A stretch of DNA of 63,637 nt, counting the filler, from Bigelowiella natans CCMP2755 (Eukaryota; Protista; Cercozoa), in assembly GCA_000320545.1 (NCBI GenBank). It is 3 parts of 3 records of this genome, joined end to end, with 100 filler letters (N's around TTAATTAATTAA, not from the genome) between each part and the next. Parts side by side here need not be neighbours in the genome. Positions count along the whole stretch, not along the records: positions 1 to 26,391 come from ADNK01001116.1; 2 more parts are not named here. One strand, 5' to 3'. A program made the translations under genes and the position numbers. The notes beneath the pieces are model-generated. The model made no database searches. It was given only the letters and a program-made list of their open reading frames with translations, and had not been told where the DNA came from. Below are positions 11,640 through 24,643 of this stretch, one piece after another. Position 1 is the stretch's first letter. The number at the start of each line of letters is the position of its first letter.

Positions 11640-12605
11640 GCCACGTAGCATGCGATGGGCTATGTGTTGTAGGCTACAACGAAGGCTAACATGTTGTACA
11701 CAATCTCAATTTCATGAGTAAATCAAGCGGAAATCTCGTACACATGGTGCACATTGGCCAGTCTCGAGTGATCACACATGGCTTTCGATCATGACGATCA
11801 CTGCGAAAATTCACTATCATAATAATCGCCTACGCTACGTAACGTACGTCACGCGGCAATGTGCGAGGGCAGCTTCTGATCGATACGGTTATCCGTGGCC
11901 GCATGTAGCACGTAGCACACTAGCACACATCATGCTATTGTGCTACGTACATTGATAATAACTGAGGCTAGCGAGCTAGTATACTAGCTAACTATAACAC
12001 TGGCAACTGGCACCGCCGTCGGCACGTAGCATGAAATCGATATTGACGCGCATAGTATCGTATGGTAGGTTATTGTTGGATCGATCTGATCATTTCGGGC
12101 ATGCAGGCTATGGCACCGACTTTGCAGATTGTTTGACTAGCTAGCATCGCATGCTAGCATTGTATCGCAGGCTAGCATTGTATCGCAGGCTAGCAGGCGC
12201 ATGCGCCGCATGGGTGCATTATACATGATGCGCATAATTATATATAAAAGGTGTTTTTGGATACACACATGTACATTGTGCCTATTATTGCGTAGCATAT
12301 GCATAGTCAGTCTTACACATAGTATGTACGTGGACTACCGATAATGTAATAGACATAGTAATGTTATCCGTACCATGCCACTGCTAGACCACTGGCTCAT
12401 GCATTCGCCACAATATCATGAAAAACTCGGCGGCGGAATGAAAATCAAGCAATGCAAGAAGATTGGAATGGCTAGGCAAAATGGCAAACGAGTAGTATAA
12501 GTGTAATATCGCCAATAAATCTCGCGCACAGGTCCCTTAGCAATAGTAGTTCAGGCGGGGTCAATATGTACAGGCGCTGCCCGCGATCAGCTAGTGAGTA
12601 GCTAT
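11640..12605. other. Palindrome-rich 3'-intergenic island 3 (convergent hypothetical gene / HRD1)
   Basis: catgctagcat at 12150, gctagcgagctagtatactagcta, ctacgtaacgtacgt; contains an 18-bp direct repeat gctagcattgtatcgcag (x2 plus a partial copy) at 12153-12194. Confidence 0.78.
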
Positions 12606-12609
12606 GGTG

Positions 12610-14801
12610 TTAAGATTCTTGTCCTGATTCTCCATCAGATCTGCGTTTGGGGGGTGTCTGGAACTTTTGTAACCTTGCCTGGAGAGCTTCGTAAGGTGTA
12701 GAAGTTTCACGTGAGATCCGTGGACGTGGTAGTTTTGCCATTTCTGAAGGGGTTTGAGCTAAGGTATCTGACTTTACCGAATCACTCCCTTGTTTTGATG
12801 CAGCGCTTTCATCGGTTGATGAATTCCCAAACATTTTCCCCGCCGTCATTCCTTTTGCCTCGTCCCTGCCAGAGCCAGCTTTCTCCTCGTCTCTTGAACC
12901 ATTTTTGAATGACGTCTCCGAGGCTGTCCCAGTCTTCTTTTCTGGCGAGTGTGAGGATTCTTTCGACTCTTCTTTTACTTTCGACGTCTTCGGTGATGCT
13001 CTGGTAGCCATCTGAATCACCAAGAAAGTGAGGGGTGTTAATGTTTCGGTGTGATACTGATTGCTACCTCTTGAGTCGATTGTTCTTTCATGAGTTGCGC
13101 TTGCAAGGAAAGTTGCTGCTGAAGCATCCCGAGGGTGGATGCCTTGTAACACACAAAGATACACTCATTCGTTAGCGGAAATATTTCTCTCTTTCTCGAG
13201 TTCATCGCTGTCATATGAGTTTTTTAAAAAAATGTGATTACAGCCTAGAGTGAAGTAGTACCAATTGAGTCTGTAGGAAATCCACGTGTTGCTGTAGCAT
13301 CAGTGTTTGCCGCTGACTCACACGCATCATGGTCTCCGTGCCCGCAGGAGATCCTTGGAAAGCACTGCCTCCCACATTGAGGGGGAAAGCAAAGTGGTGG
13401 GAGTAATAGGGCCCTGGTGGTGGAGTAGCATACACTCGATGATACGGCAACGAAGCAGCAGATGAACCTGGTACACGCTGAGTCGTCGTCGTTCCGGAGC
13501 GGTTAATCTTGGAATCACCCTTCAAGTCAACATGCTCACCATCAGAGCCAGGACCAGAGGCCGCACTCGTCTCAGGCACCGGTGAATGTCCTGCAACTTG
13601 AGCCTGCTGGCCTTGATGGTTGGGAATATTGGCAGCAGCGGGAACGGGCTCTTGTGCAGCAGCAGCGGCAGCAGCAGCTCCATTCTGAAGAGGGAGAGAT
13701 GTAGGAATCTCTCGGAGGCAATTCGGACACCGGTTTGAGTTGAATAGCCAAGTGTAGAGACAGTGTTTATGGAACACGTGTGAGCAGGGCAGTTTGATTC
13801 CTTCATCCATCGACTCTAAGCATATCGTGCACCGAGTGTCTAGTAGTTCCGCTTCCGTCGCTCGGGGAAAGTGATCAAGAACACGGAGGAGGCGTCTGTA
13901 TTGAATATATTTCAGTATTCGGTCCCGAAGACCGTAGAAGGTGACCTAAATCAAAGGTGGAATTAGTAAACTCAAACCCGCACTACAAACTGAACTCGAG
14001 TGCCATTTTAAGTATTACCCAAATTTCCCGAATCAAGTGAATAGGGAGCCCGTAGTAAGAGCAGATGATCATAAAGAAGGTGAGCAAGAGGAACAGCCGG
14101 AGCAAATCAGCACAAAAATCCAGGTAAAACATCCATACGTGTTTATGGCAGCATTTCACAGGTGCTTCCCCTCCCTCCGCAGAGCTGCCTGCGCGCGAGT
14201 GCACAAAGAGGAGATATTTTGCAGCTGTGATGACTATAACCACAGAAAGGATCATAAATTCGAAAGCAAAGAGTAGCAGAACAGAGGGACCCTTCTGTTT
14301 GATCATCATTAATGTCAAGGAGGACACAAAGGCCAGGTCCAAGATCGTAAGGAGCAGTGTAAGGAAACTCAGCCGGATGTGCGTACCATAACTCATTCGT
14401 TGGACCGCAACGTTCTCAACACGCATTTGTGTGAGCCAGTGGAATATCTTTACAAATAGTAGCAACGTGAATAATACCACCATTCGAATATTAATCTCCT
14501 CGCGGAATGTGGTAAGTGCCAAACACGTCTCCGTTACAGCAATCTTGCCTTTCCTCTCGATTTCAGTGATCTCTTGCGCACTTATGTCACCAAGGAAGAT
14601 TCTTCTTACAAGTTTCGCGAACGATATCGTCATCATAAATGCAACATTGCTAAGCACTACAACGTTGATCTTATTCGTGGTGAGAAAGATAGTTGCAGGG
14701 AAGAATTGCTTTCGTGTGTGAAAAGCATGCCAAACTGAGACAGCAAAGAGGCCCAGGGTAACGAGTGCATAAATTGTAAACGACCCAAAGCATTTAGCCA
14801 T
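12610..14801 (-). CDS. HRD1: ERAD E3 ubiquitin ligase HRD1/synoviolin, 4 exons
   Basis: Multi-pass TM N-terminus with TETCLALTTFRE, FVKIFHWL and YYGLPIHLIRE. The spliced RING-H2 reads CTICLESMDEGIKLPCSHVFHKHCLYTWLFNSNRCPNC, followed by a disordered tail. Confidence 0.93.
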
Positions 14802-15703
14802 GTTTGAGTTGAAAAATGGAGCTCAGAATGGTTATATGGTTTCTGGTTGAATCTCTCGCCAACCCCCCGTCTTATCCAACCAGGACTTGGTCTACCTTGC
14901 CCTTCTCCTGATGAATGGGATGAGGGACGGGAATTCAGCTTGAGGGTGACACTTTATTTTTCATATTTTTAAAAGTTTTCGCGCACTCACTATCCGAGAC
15001 AATATTCAACAGCTCAATCTCGGGGAAAATGTTCGCTTTTTGTGCGGTAGCGTGGCATGCTTGGTGCACTGAACCTTTGGCTGATGCTGACGCAGACAGT
15101 GGAAATGAAGGGGAAAAACCTAATTTCGAATGTTGATTCTCACAAAACACATCTAGATCTATCTCTCATGGATCGATCGATCTCACACATTATTATTTTA
15201 TCAAAGAAAATTCGTCCAGCTTTTTTTTATCACAGCAGTAATTTAACTCCGGATTCCAGGGTTTTCCCACCCCTACGACAAAGCGAAAAGAACGTCGTAC
15301 GAACAAATATGGAGGGATGTTGGTACACTTGTGCAGATCTACTGCGAGTAACTTTCAGGTATCCAACACTGGATAATGGGAATGATGGGATGACTCAAAA
15401 CTAGTGAGGACTCCCCTTACATGCACACACCCTGGTCCAGGGCGCTCCCGGGAGTGCTCCTCGCTATGGTTGTGATTGATATGGGCTGTGGCAGAGTGCC
15501 GTCCCCTTTCCAGAGATTCAGCTACTTCGAAAACATTGTCGGATGGATTGTTCACCCTCAAATCCAACAATCTTCCGCAGGACCCAAACCGGAAGCAAAG
15601 AGAATGTACTTCCACTGCTTAATCGTAAACTTAACCTTGTCAGATGTGATTTGAAAGAGTTTGGTTAAATTTCGTTCTTAATTTTCATCCTTTTTGGAGC
15701 ATT

Positions 15704-16906
15704 TTGTGTTCCCAGGAGTGTTCCTCACATTCGTGTTTTTATATCTCTATCGGCAGGGGCTTGAGCAGTAACTCTTCACATATTTCCATGGAAATAAGTG
15801 TCACTCTACAAAAGAATATTACTGGAAAGTTCATCCCCTTCATTATTTCGGACATTTCTCGGATGACTATTTACATTTATCACGAAGCAAGTGACACAGG
15901 ATTAAAGAGCAGGATCATTCACCAGTCGCTCTTAGATGGGTTTGCAGGGCTCAGAATCAAAACTGTTTCTATTGGGTGGGACGATATTATCTCACAGGAA
16001 GCCAAGCAAGGCGATATTGTTCTTTGGATGGGAAACACCAATTTACGGAACGATTTGATGGTCAAGTTTAGGTCCAATGGAGTGCGGACAATATTGCACC
16101 TGACAGAAATCATTGACCACCCGTACTACTGTCAAATGCATGGCTGGGGCAAGGAATTCTTCGACGAGATATGGGATAGGGATGCAGGGAATATAGATCT
16201 TTTGAAAGAGTGCGGTGACGAATTGCCACCAGTTCGGTATGTTCCAGTCGGATGTAGAGGGAGCAGTAACACAGCTCCTTGGTCATCATCAACAAATGTA
16301 GAGTCATCATCTAATAGCTCCGAGCTCAGGTTAATGCGAAAGCATGAGGGTGAGGATGGTGATACTGGGGCTTCTAGGAATCCCCCCATATATATAAGAG
16401 CCCTCGATGCAGAGTGTGGTAGGAGATGGGATTCGCTGAAACAGCTACGTCTTGTAGAGTTCGAAGACGTCATAGTAAAAGAATATTGGAGTGACAAGGA
16501 ATTTGAAATCTTGCTACGAGATCCTGTCCCGAAGGGGATCTTCCTGAACCTGGTGAAGTTTTGTAATGCATCATCGCCTGGACGGAAAAGGGGGGGGGCG
16601 GGGTTAGAGCGCTCTATCGATCCTCGATTGGTACTGCTAGCAAGCAACGCAAACAGTAAGATCATTGTTGTGTCGGAGAAAGCTCACACAGAGGATCAAT
16701 CGTTGTACAGAGACATCATTGAGTTTGTTGACTCAGAGAAGCTTCCGCAGGTTTTAGAAGAGGTGATGAGCCTCGGCTACAAAGAGCGGGCGTCGCTTCT
16801 GGAGGACCGTACTCACGCTTGTGAACACCACTTACATCCTACAGAAATATTACGGAGAGCCGAAGTGCTGTCCTTCTTCGCTAAACTAGAACATGGATAC
16901 CTGTGA
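15704..16906 (+). CDS. Putative GT-B-fold glycosyltransferase-like protein (main exon); unresolved upstream exons probably lie in ~14880-15700
   Basis: 400-codon open frame with protein-like composition. The segments LTE...FDEIWDRD..NI...YVPVG and FLNLVKFC...PRLVLL...VVSE resemble GT-B/DUF3880-type glycosyltransferases. The family assignment is from memory of motif spacing only. Confidence 0.5.
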   Translation: MCSQECSSHSCFYISIGRGLSSNSSHISMEISVTLQKNITGKFIPFIISDISRMTIYIYHEASDTGLKSRIIHQSLLDGFAGLRIKTVSIGWDDIISQEAKQGDIVLWMGNTNLRNDLMVKFRSNGVRTILHLTEIIDHPYYCQMHGWGKEFFDEIWDRDAGNIDLLKECGDELPPVRYVPVGCRGSSNTAPWSSSTNVESSSNSSELRLMRKHEGEDGDTGASRNPPIYIRALDAECGRRWDSLKQLRLVEFEDVIVKEYWSDKEFEILLRDPVPKGIFLNLVKFCNASSPGRKRGGAGLERSIDPRLVLLASNANSKIIVVSEKAHTEDQSLYRDIIEFVDSEKLPQVLEEVMSLGYKERASLLEDRTHACEHHLHPTEILRRAEVLSFFAKLEHGYL

Positions 16907-16959
16907 TTGTCTCAAAGTTGCAATCGCAGGGGTCAGTCAACTCACAAGAATTGGTGATC

Positions 16960-17640
16960 GTACCTAACCAGAGCTATTAAGTTGTGCTTTACTACTAAAA
17001 ACCAATCGAGTTCGATAATGCGCGTATCCACTAAAATCTATACTCTCCGCGCGTACGCCGTGGCCGTAATCCTCACGCTTACATGACATATATCGTATAC
17101 ACCTAGTTGTGCTATATGCTAGTATGCTAGCTATGCGTGTCTGGTCTAGCTCGAGTGCGCAGTGAGCCAATGTCCCCCAAGGCATCATTACAGCATTCGC
17201 TTCGAGTGAGCATGGCATATGAATCGAATGTAGAGACATGGATGTCTACATCATAGAGACATGCTAGCATGTCACTCTACTAGTCTAGCTAGCTAGCAGT
17301 CTAGCAGTGGGGATAGTTTGTGTCTCTACAGTGTGGCACCAGTCTCCGCCACTAGTATACTAGCAGACCATGTCAACCAGCACAGCATGCCCACATCCAT
17401 AAAAGATGACTAGCTAGACGCTTAGATGTTTATAGAGCTTTGTCCCAATGATCTGTGTCTCAAGTCACCACCAGCACCGTATTGTATAATTGCACCGCCA
17501 GCTGCACATGCTACGCGTACGTGCATTATAGCATGCATGTCAAACGTAGATGTGACGCATATGGAGCACGCCACAACTACCACATGGTATTGTTCGATGT
17601 CTGGTAGTATTGAGAAAAGATAGATTCACAAATATATACC
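16960..17640. other. Palindrome-rich 3'-intergenic island 4 (convergent GT-like gene / GPN2)
   Basis: 16-bp perfect palindrome gacatgctagcatgtc at 17258-17273, ctagtctagctagctagc, actagtatactag. Confidence 0.8.
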
Positions 17641-17690
17641 ATTGTTAGATTTGACGTAAAGCGGTAAGTAGCAAGCAGATTTGCAATAAG

Positions 17691-18408
17691 CTATTTTGTC
17701 ATGGAATCGGCCGCCTTCTTTTCGTCAGCTTCAGCTTTAGAGTGATGCGTGTACTTTTGCCTAAAGTACTATAAGATAAAGAAAAGATGGTCATGGAAAA
17801 TAACAACCTTAATCAAAATAACAAAGGCTTGAACAAAAAAAGGGATCTACAAACATACATCTCATTTGGCTCTAAACTAGCACACAAGCAAGGTTAAAAA
17901 GATCACCAAACGAAACCGCCAGCAACGCTTTTGTCATATTTTCCCTTGTTATTTGATGCATTTGGGAAGGAAGGCACCTAGTGCTGCTACCTGTATCGTA
18001 TCGTCATCCATACCGGAGTCCCTCGAAACCATGTTGAGCACCTACATTCCGGCGACGACACACATACCGAAAATTACAAGGCGGAATCTTAAATGTGAGT
18101 CAAAGGATGCTCCCTGCATGGCTTAATGCCTTTTGGAGTAGATCGGAAATTTTGTTCGCGGAGAATTAAACGTTACAAAGGAGTATCGGCATGTCTTTCT
18201 CAAGATATCGTCTTTTCTTTTGGCAAATGCCAACGCTAACACCACCACCACCACCACCACCAGCAGCAGCATTAGGGCGCACAAGTTACCGCGTTTCTTT
18301 CTTGAGGCATACGGACGTATCCATTGGCTTTATCTATCAACTTTAAGGCGTTCTATGAAAAACACGCGTCCACACACCAAAAACGTATAATCCCACATTC
18401 AATAATCA

Positions 18409-18443
<35 letters not shown>

Positions 18444-18666
18444 TTGTGTGTGTGTGTGTAATGTAGCAATGGAAATCAACCAGCTTGGTGCAGCAATTGT
18501 TGCGTGATTACTAGTGGTGTGGGGACCTTCATGCTCTCTTTCTCAACAACACTAAGAGGAGAGAAATTGACCAAACTGAAGTCCTCCACAACTTCCACTA
18601 TATTTTCGCTCAGTTTCTTGTGCTTTCTGTCGTTGGATTTATGCAGAGCCATAAACATTTTGCCAT

Positions 18667-18709
<43 letters not shown>

Positions 18710-19678
18710 CTAACGCTCGCGCGCTATATATAGTTTTATGCACTTTCCCTTCCTTGGAAGGAGATAAATTCTCTATCGCAACTTTAATTATGGAGAAATA
18801 GAACAATTCTCGCTAGGAAAGAAATATTTCATCATTAATACATATACACACAGTCACACACAAACTTATTCTGATTTATATGTATACATGTATGTGAGTG
18901 TGAGTGTGTGTGTTATCATATGTTCAGATTCTGCATTCTCCACAAGCATGTTATAGATATGTGAAATCCGCACTTCGAAAACGGATCCTTTTCGTCACTT
19001 AGAAACGGTATTAGATGCCTGACGATAAAAATACAAGGAGAATCAATTGGGTGGTTGGAGAGTGAAATAACTTTCTCTGCGTAGGAATCGTCAAAAATTT
19101 AAGAAGGACAGTTCATCATCACCAATCAATACGTAAGAGAAGTTATATGTGTATGCAGGATTGATAACATAATACGCTGTATGTATGACTTCATATCCAC
19201 TACGTCAGTGTAGAACTGCAGGCCTAATAATGGTGGTGATGAAGAAGAAGAACAATGAAGGTGATGATATTGATAATGATGACACGTGTTATTTCAATCA
19301 CACCGATGCTTGTGATATTGCCTCAGGACACAAAGTTATCAGAAAATCGGTTTCGTTCGGATGTTTCACGACTTAACATTGAGAACCCATTTTTTATTAA
19401 AGTAGTGTGGGGAGGAGGAGACGAGGGAGGCAGGGAGGGAGAGCGGGGGTTGTCAGTTCCCCCTTTTCAGACCGAATTTAAGCCGGCCATATTGCTCGAT
19501 GAGGTCACATTTCGAAAGAAAATTAACGTGCGGTGTCTCGAGATGCAGCATCGTTGTCAGAGATATCAGTACCACAGATATATACCTATTTATTGTATTA
19601 TCGGTTCTTTGTAAAAGAGTAGTGGCTGTAGATATTGATAGAATTGTAGCAATAGTGCGGCTCTGTTTATATTCACGT

Positions 19679-19720
<42 letters not shown>

Positions 19721-19819
19721 GACGGTGCGTACTCACTTGTTCGGATCAGTACAGTGGTGAGCATCCACCAGATGCACAGCACAAAGCCTATAATTCCTGT
19801 GTCGAAAATCATATCGTGT

Positions 19820-19858
<39 letters not shown>

Positions 19859-20381
19859 GGATCGTAAATGGTGGTCATCGAAAGAAATGCAACGGCAAAA
19901 TATCGAGCTTCAAAGAGATTTGATTTTTTTGGTTGGTTCGGAACACATCGAACAAATTCTTTCGTGGGATGAAATAGCAGTGATCGAGTAACCAGTCGTG
20001 AGTCATGACGTACGCCAACTTCTTGCATGCTCTATGTTGCGTAAACAACTCCACCTGAATGTGCGTGCATGAATGCGAACGTGCGTGATGATGTTCAATA
20101 TTTCGAGTGTAACAACAAAAGGAGGAGGGCCTTTTTGGAACCTACCTGCCCGGGAAAGTCGAATATCAGATACTTTCCTTCCAGTTTATCAATAGCCTTC
20201 TTCAACCAGCTAAGAAGAAGACCAGATCAATGAAAATGTGGTTCACACAAGAAGAACAAGAAGAAGAAAAAGAAGAAGAAGAAGAAGAAGAAGAAGAAGA
20301 AGAACAACAACAACAAAAAGAAACTCATTGAGAAAAACGAGATGCGCCTTCATGGATGATAGGCTTCAGCGAGAGAGCGTG

Positions 20382-20430
<49 letters not shown>

Positions 20431-21017
20431 CTCTCTTACATTCTATTTCTTTCTCTGAAAACATGCAGGACAGTAACTTGAAGGCAGGTTGTGGTCGCAA
20501 CGAAGGACGCTACCCCTACCCGATGTTTTTCTCGAGATATTCCATGCAATAGATAAGAGCTCCGTTCGGACCCAACTCCAGCTCTTCCATGACCTGAGAG
20601 AAATTACAAATCAGTCATCCTCTCTGCGCCATTCAACATTCGTCGTCAGTAAGCAACCTCGTTCAGGATAATCAAGTCTCGAATGTCGACTTCGCACTTG
20701 TATCTGCGAATTAGTAGGGATTATGTCACACCGGTCCACGACAAGACATCTTGGGATAGACTGCTGGTGGGAAAGTAGCACTAGGCTTTACATAAGGGGA
20801 AGTTTCGGTCGCGCTTACGGAAGGTTGTGGTTCGCTGGATCGAGGTTTATTATAGCTACATCCCTGAGTGTTGGGTGGAGGAGGAACGTTCACATTTTCA
20901 GCAAAGACGGGCAATAGAAGGAGACCTTTTTATTCCAGTCAGAAACTCCCTCATACCCGCACAGAACGTTGATTTCCCCGATCCCGGAGGGCCTATGACA
21001 AGCTGTAGATAGAGCAT
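17691..21017 (-). CDS. GPN2: GPN-loop GTPase 2 (RNA polymerase II assembly factor), multi-exon; last exon uncertain
   Basis: Exons give [63 protein letters not shown]|[31 protein letters not shown] and [18 protein letters not shown]. These follow the GPN2-type pattern. Confidence 0.9.
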
Positions 21018-21685
21018 TGGAGAACCACCAAAGCACAAGTTAGCTAGTCCCAGCCTTCCCATTCGATTTTCTCCCTCCATTGGATTCCAGGGGGGGAACT
21101 AAGGTTGACCCAAGCTCTCCTTCTTATTCCTACTCGGATATGTATAACCACCTGTCCAAACATTGAGGGAGCTCTTCAGCACGAAGGCTGCAAGAGAAAG
21201 GTGGGCAGAGGGCAGAAGAGGCGAAAGGGCGAATTTAATCGGAACTGTGAAAAGTTGATATGCGACCTCTGATTTAGTCAAAATTCCTTCGAATTTTGAT
21301 CTGTTTCTACACTTTCTTTCTCTGCAAGAACAAAACAACATATAACATACAACACACATAAAACTTGACATTCCCGGTGGATATCCTAAGGGGTATTTCT
21401 TGCCTGCGAATTCTCGGATACAGTGGATTTATTTCTACGCTGATTTCTCGAGAATTCTTTGTCGTATAGGCGAATTTTAGTACTTTTTTGTATTGTGTTG
21501 GGTTTCTGTGGTTACCCACGGCCATCTTCCGACTTAGGAAATTAGAATGGAAAATGAGGGATATATTTATATTGCGACAACGTATTTAGAATGTCTCATC
21601 TCTTTTTTCTCCTCTTGCTACACCATCCTCCCCTCCACTACATTTCAACAGATTCTCTCACACATTCCCCAGCCAAATAAAAAGA

Positions 21686-24304
21686 ATGGGATTCCTCGCG
21701 CTAGTCCTCATCAGCACTTCAGCAGCAGCTCTTGATCCTACAGTTCGACTGGTATGTTCGTGGTTCTTCTTCAAGCGTTTGTGTGCACCTTGTCACAATA
21801 TATTCTCTTTCTTGTCGCAGTACAACAATGTCGAAATGCCAATGGTGGGAGCTGGAACTTGGTCGACGACACCACTTATTAAGGGAGCGTACTTTGATCA
21901 TATTCTTACATAATCGTTCTATATTACAGGCAGTATGATAGTGATACAGCGTACAATTCGGTCGTGAGTGCCCTGAAACTTGGGTGCGTCCTTACTGGCG
22001 TTTGATTCCGCAACATCTGTCTCACACAATTACAACGGCAGGTACACGCACATCGATACCGCGAACGACTATGGGAACCAAGATGGAGTCGGAAGAGCTC
22101 TTGCAGGTTGGAAACTGCTCTCGCGAACACGTTGTGAGTGTGTGTGACACAGTAAATCCAGCGATTAAAAGCTATCATTCTTGTACCTCAATAATCTGTT
22201 GTCCAGGGCGCAACCGCTCGTCATACTTCCTCACCACCAAGATTCCGGGCTGCAAAGTCAATCCTCTCAACCCAGGGGCTTGTTACAAGGTCATACCATA
22301 TCATAATATAGATAGGTGCACTGGGGAGAGGCTGGGCTCGAAAGGACATTGGTTTTTTAATTTCGAATTCACCATATATGTAAACTGCCATGCATGATGC
22401 TGCATTCGTATTTGCGTATGAAAATTATGAATGTCATAAGCTCAACGTGGCTGTTGTAGTTCTACTTTTAACATCAGTCACTGTTCGCCCATCATTTTAC
22501 TCTCCAGGACGCTCACAAGGCTCTGGCACAAGATATGTCCTTGCTTGGCGTCGATTACGTGGTACGTGTGTCGTATTCTTCTCAAACAGTCGAGTTGTCA
22601 TCTGTACTGACACTGACACTTAATCACACGTGCTCATACACAGGATCTCATGCTTGTTCATTTCCCGCCGTTGGTGGTACGTCGTAGAACTTTAATTATT
22701 CAGAAGCGCGATTATGATCACAAGGGGGAGGGGGGGGGGGGGGGGGAGAATAGTTGTTTTCATGACATAGACGTTCACCACCGGTGTTGGTCTTGTATCT
22801 TTGAGGATGGATCGACATTTGGCATCAATGCGCACATTATTTAACAAGGAGTTGCTTCCATCATCATCATTCAGGGAGGTTGCGGAGGCCAGAACTGCAA
22901 GGCGATGCAGGCGCAATGGAGAGCTGTGGAGGAAATGTATGTACTTCTAGTACACACTCACGAAAATCATTGTTTCCCATAAAGCTTGAGTGCGTTGAAT
23001 ATCGTTTGTCGTTCTTAGGTACAAAAATAAGACCGCACGCGCAATAGGTGATACAGATGAGTTTCCATGATTGAATATATACGCATATTTACACATGTAT
23101 ATATGTGGGTAGTCTTAAATATTGATGAATAGTCTCATCACACCTTATTATATTAGGTGTCTCAAACTTCTGCCAGTCTTGTTTTGAGTGCCTAAATGCT
23201 ACCCAAACGATTCTCCCCATGGTGAACCAGGTCCTCGCATGATTATTTTTCACCCTCTTATACTGTCTATCTACAAGATGCAGCTGACGATTAATGATAA
23301 TGATGGTAATGATGATGATGATACCAGGTCGCATATCATATCGGGATGGGACCCGATCCTGAAGGTATGCATATATCTAAAGTGTAGTTTTGTTTCATGC
23401 GGGGCCCGTAGTGCTCTTTTTCAATAACTATTTTTCCTCCTCATTTTCTTGGCAATTTATCTTTGTGCCGTCGATCAGGACTTTTCTCATACGCGAAGAA
23501 GCTTGGGGTTAGTTGTGTGCCGATTTCTATAATGATCTATTCTGTCCACATGAATGGCAGCTGCTGCATCTTTTTTGGGGACCCATTAACCGACATTGCC
23601 GTGTTGCTCAAACAGGTGGTGATGCAGGCTTATTCACCATTGGGCAATGGGAGCCCCGATTTGGTATGTTCTGTTGTTGTTGTTGTTGTTGTTGTTCCAG
23701 AAATGATATCATCCTTGTTCCTCCGCAGCACATGATCATTTGGGTGGTGGTTGTAGAATAATGATGAGTTTCGTTAGATCCACGGGGACCTCACAACTGC
23801 AATCGGGGCAAAATACAACAAAAGCTCTGTTCAAGGTTTTTCATCTCATACGATGTCTCACCTACCATTCAATTTGTGCTAAGGATTTTACTTTTGTTCC
23901 TACGTTAGTGGCTCTCAAATGGGTTGCGCAGCACGGTAAGAAGGCATAGAATATGTGAGGAGAAAGCATGCGTTGTGCTGAAACGATCGTCCTCTTTTGT
24001 TTATGTAGGCATTCCACTCCTCACTAAATCAACAAGCGAGCAATATTTGGTACGTGCACGCGCAATTATTACCAGTGATCCGATATTGGAAGTATTCATG
24101 ATTATCACCGTGTTGTAGGCGGATGACATCGCGATTTTCGATTTTGAGTTGAGTCAAGAGGTATTATAAATTGTATGGAAGTTTAGTATGTTCTGGTGGT
24201 TAAATGTCCATACGATTTCAACAATGAAATCTGTTTAGGAAATGACAAAGCTGGACGCGCAAACCAGTCCCTCTGGCCGCCCCTCGTTCACCTGCAAAGC
24301 CTAA
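21686..24304 (+). CDS. Aldo-keto reductase with N-terminal signal peptide, about 17 very short exons
   Basis: Spliced: MGFLALVLISTSAAALDPTVRL|YNNVEMPMVGAGTW|QYDS..|YTHIDTANDYGNQ..|..FLTTKIPGC..|DLMLVHFPP..|ARAIG|VSNF..PMVNQ|..MQAYSPLG..|VALKWVAQHG|IPLLTKS..|IFDFELS..*. The AKR catalytic tetrad D/Y/K/H is present. Confidence 0.9.
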
Positions 24305-24309
24305 TTATC

Positions 24310-24602
24310 GTGACACTACGCATCGCCGTTTCACATACCGTTTCACATATATTGTCGTCATGCATGTGGATGTGAAAACACGAGTATGTGTACAATGGAC
24401 GTTTGGCATCGCCGCGACCCCTTGGTTTCTGCTTAGGAAGTTGTCTATCGACCAATCATCGTATTCCATCGCACGAGCGGCACTTGTTGTATGCTGTGAG
24501 AGAGTGGCTTGACAATCAACACGGCCTGTTAATTGCACGAATACCTCCAGCATAGCATGTACTATTATTGTTTGTAATAGACATAGTTCGGGGTATCCGA
24601 TA

Positions 24603-24643
<41 letters not shown>

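Noticed and set aside
22257-22275. Apparent 19-nt GT-AG intron in the AKR gene (nucleomorph-sized)
   Set aside because: The segment reads through in frame (KVNPLNPGACYK) and removing 19 nt would shift the frame; most likely coding.
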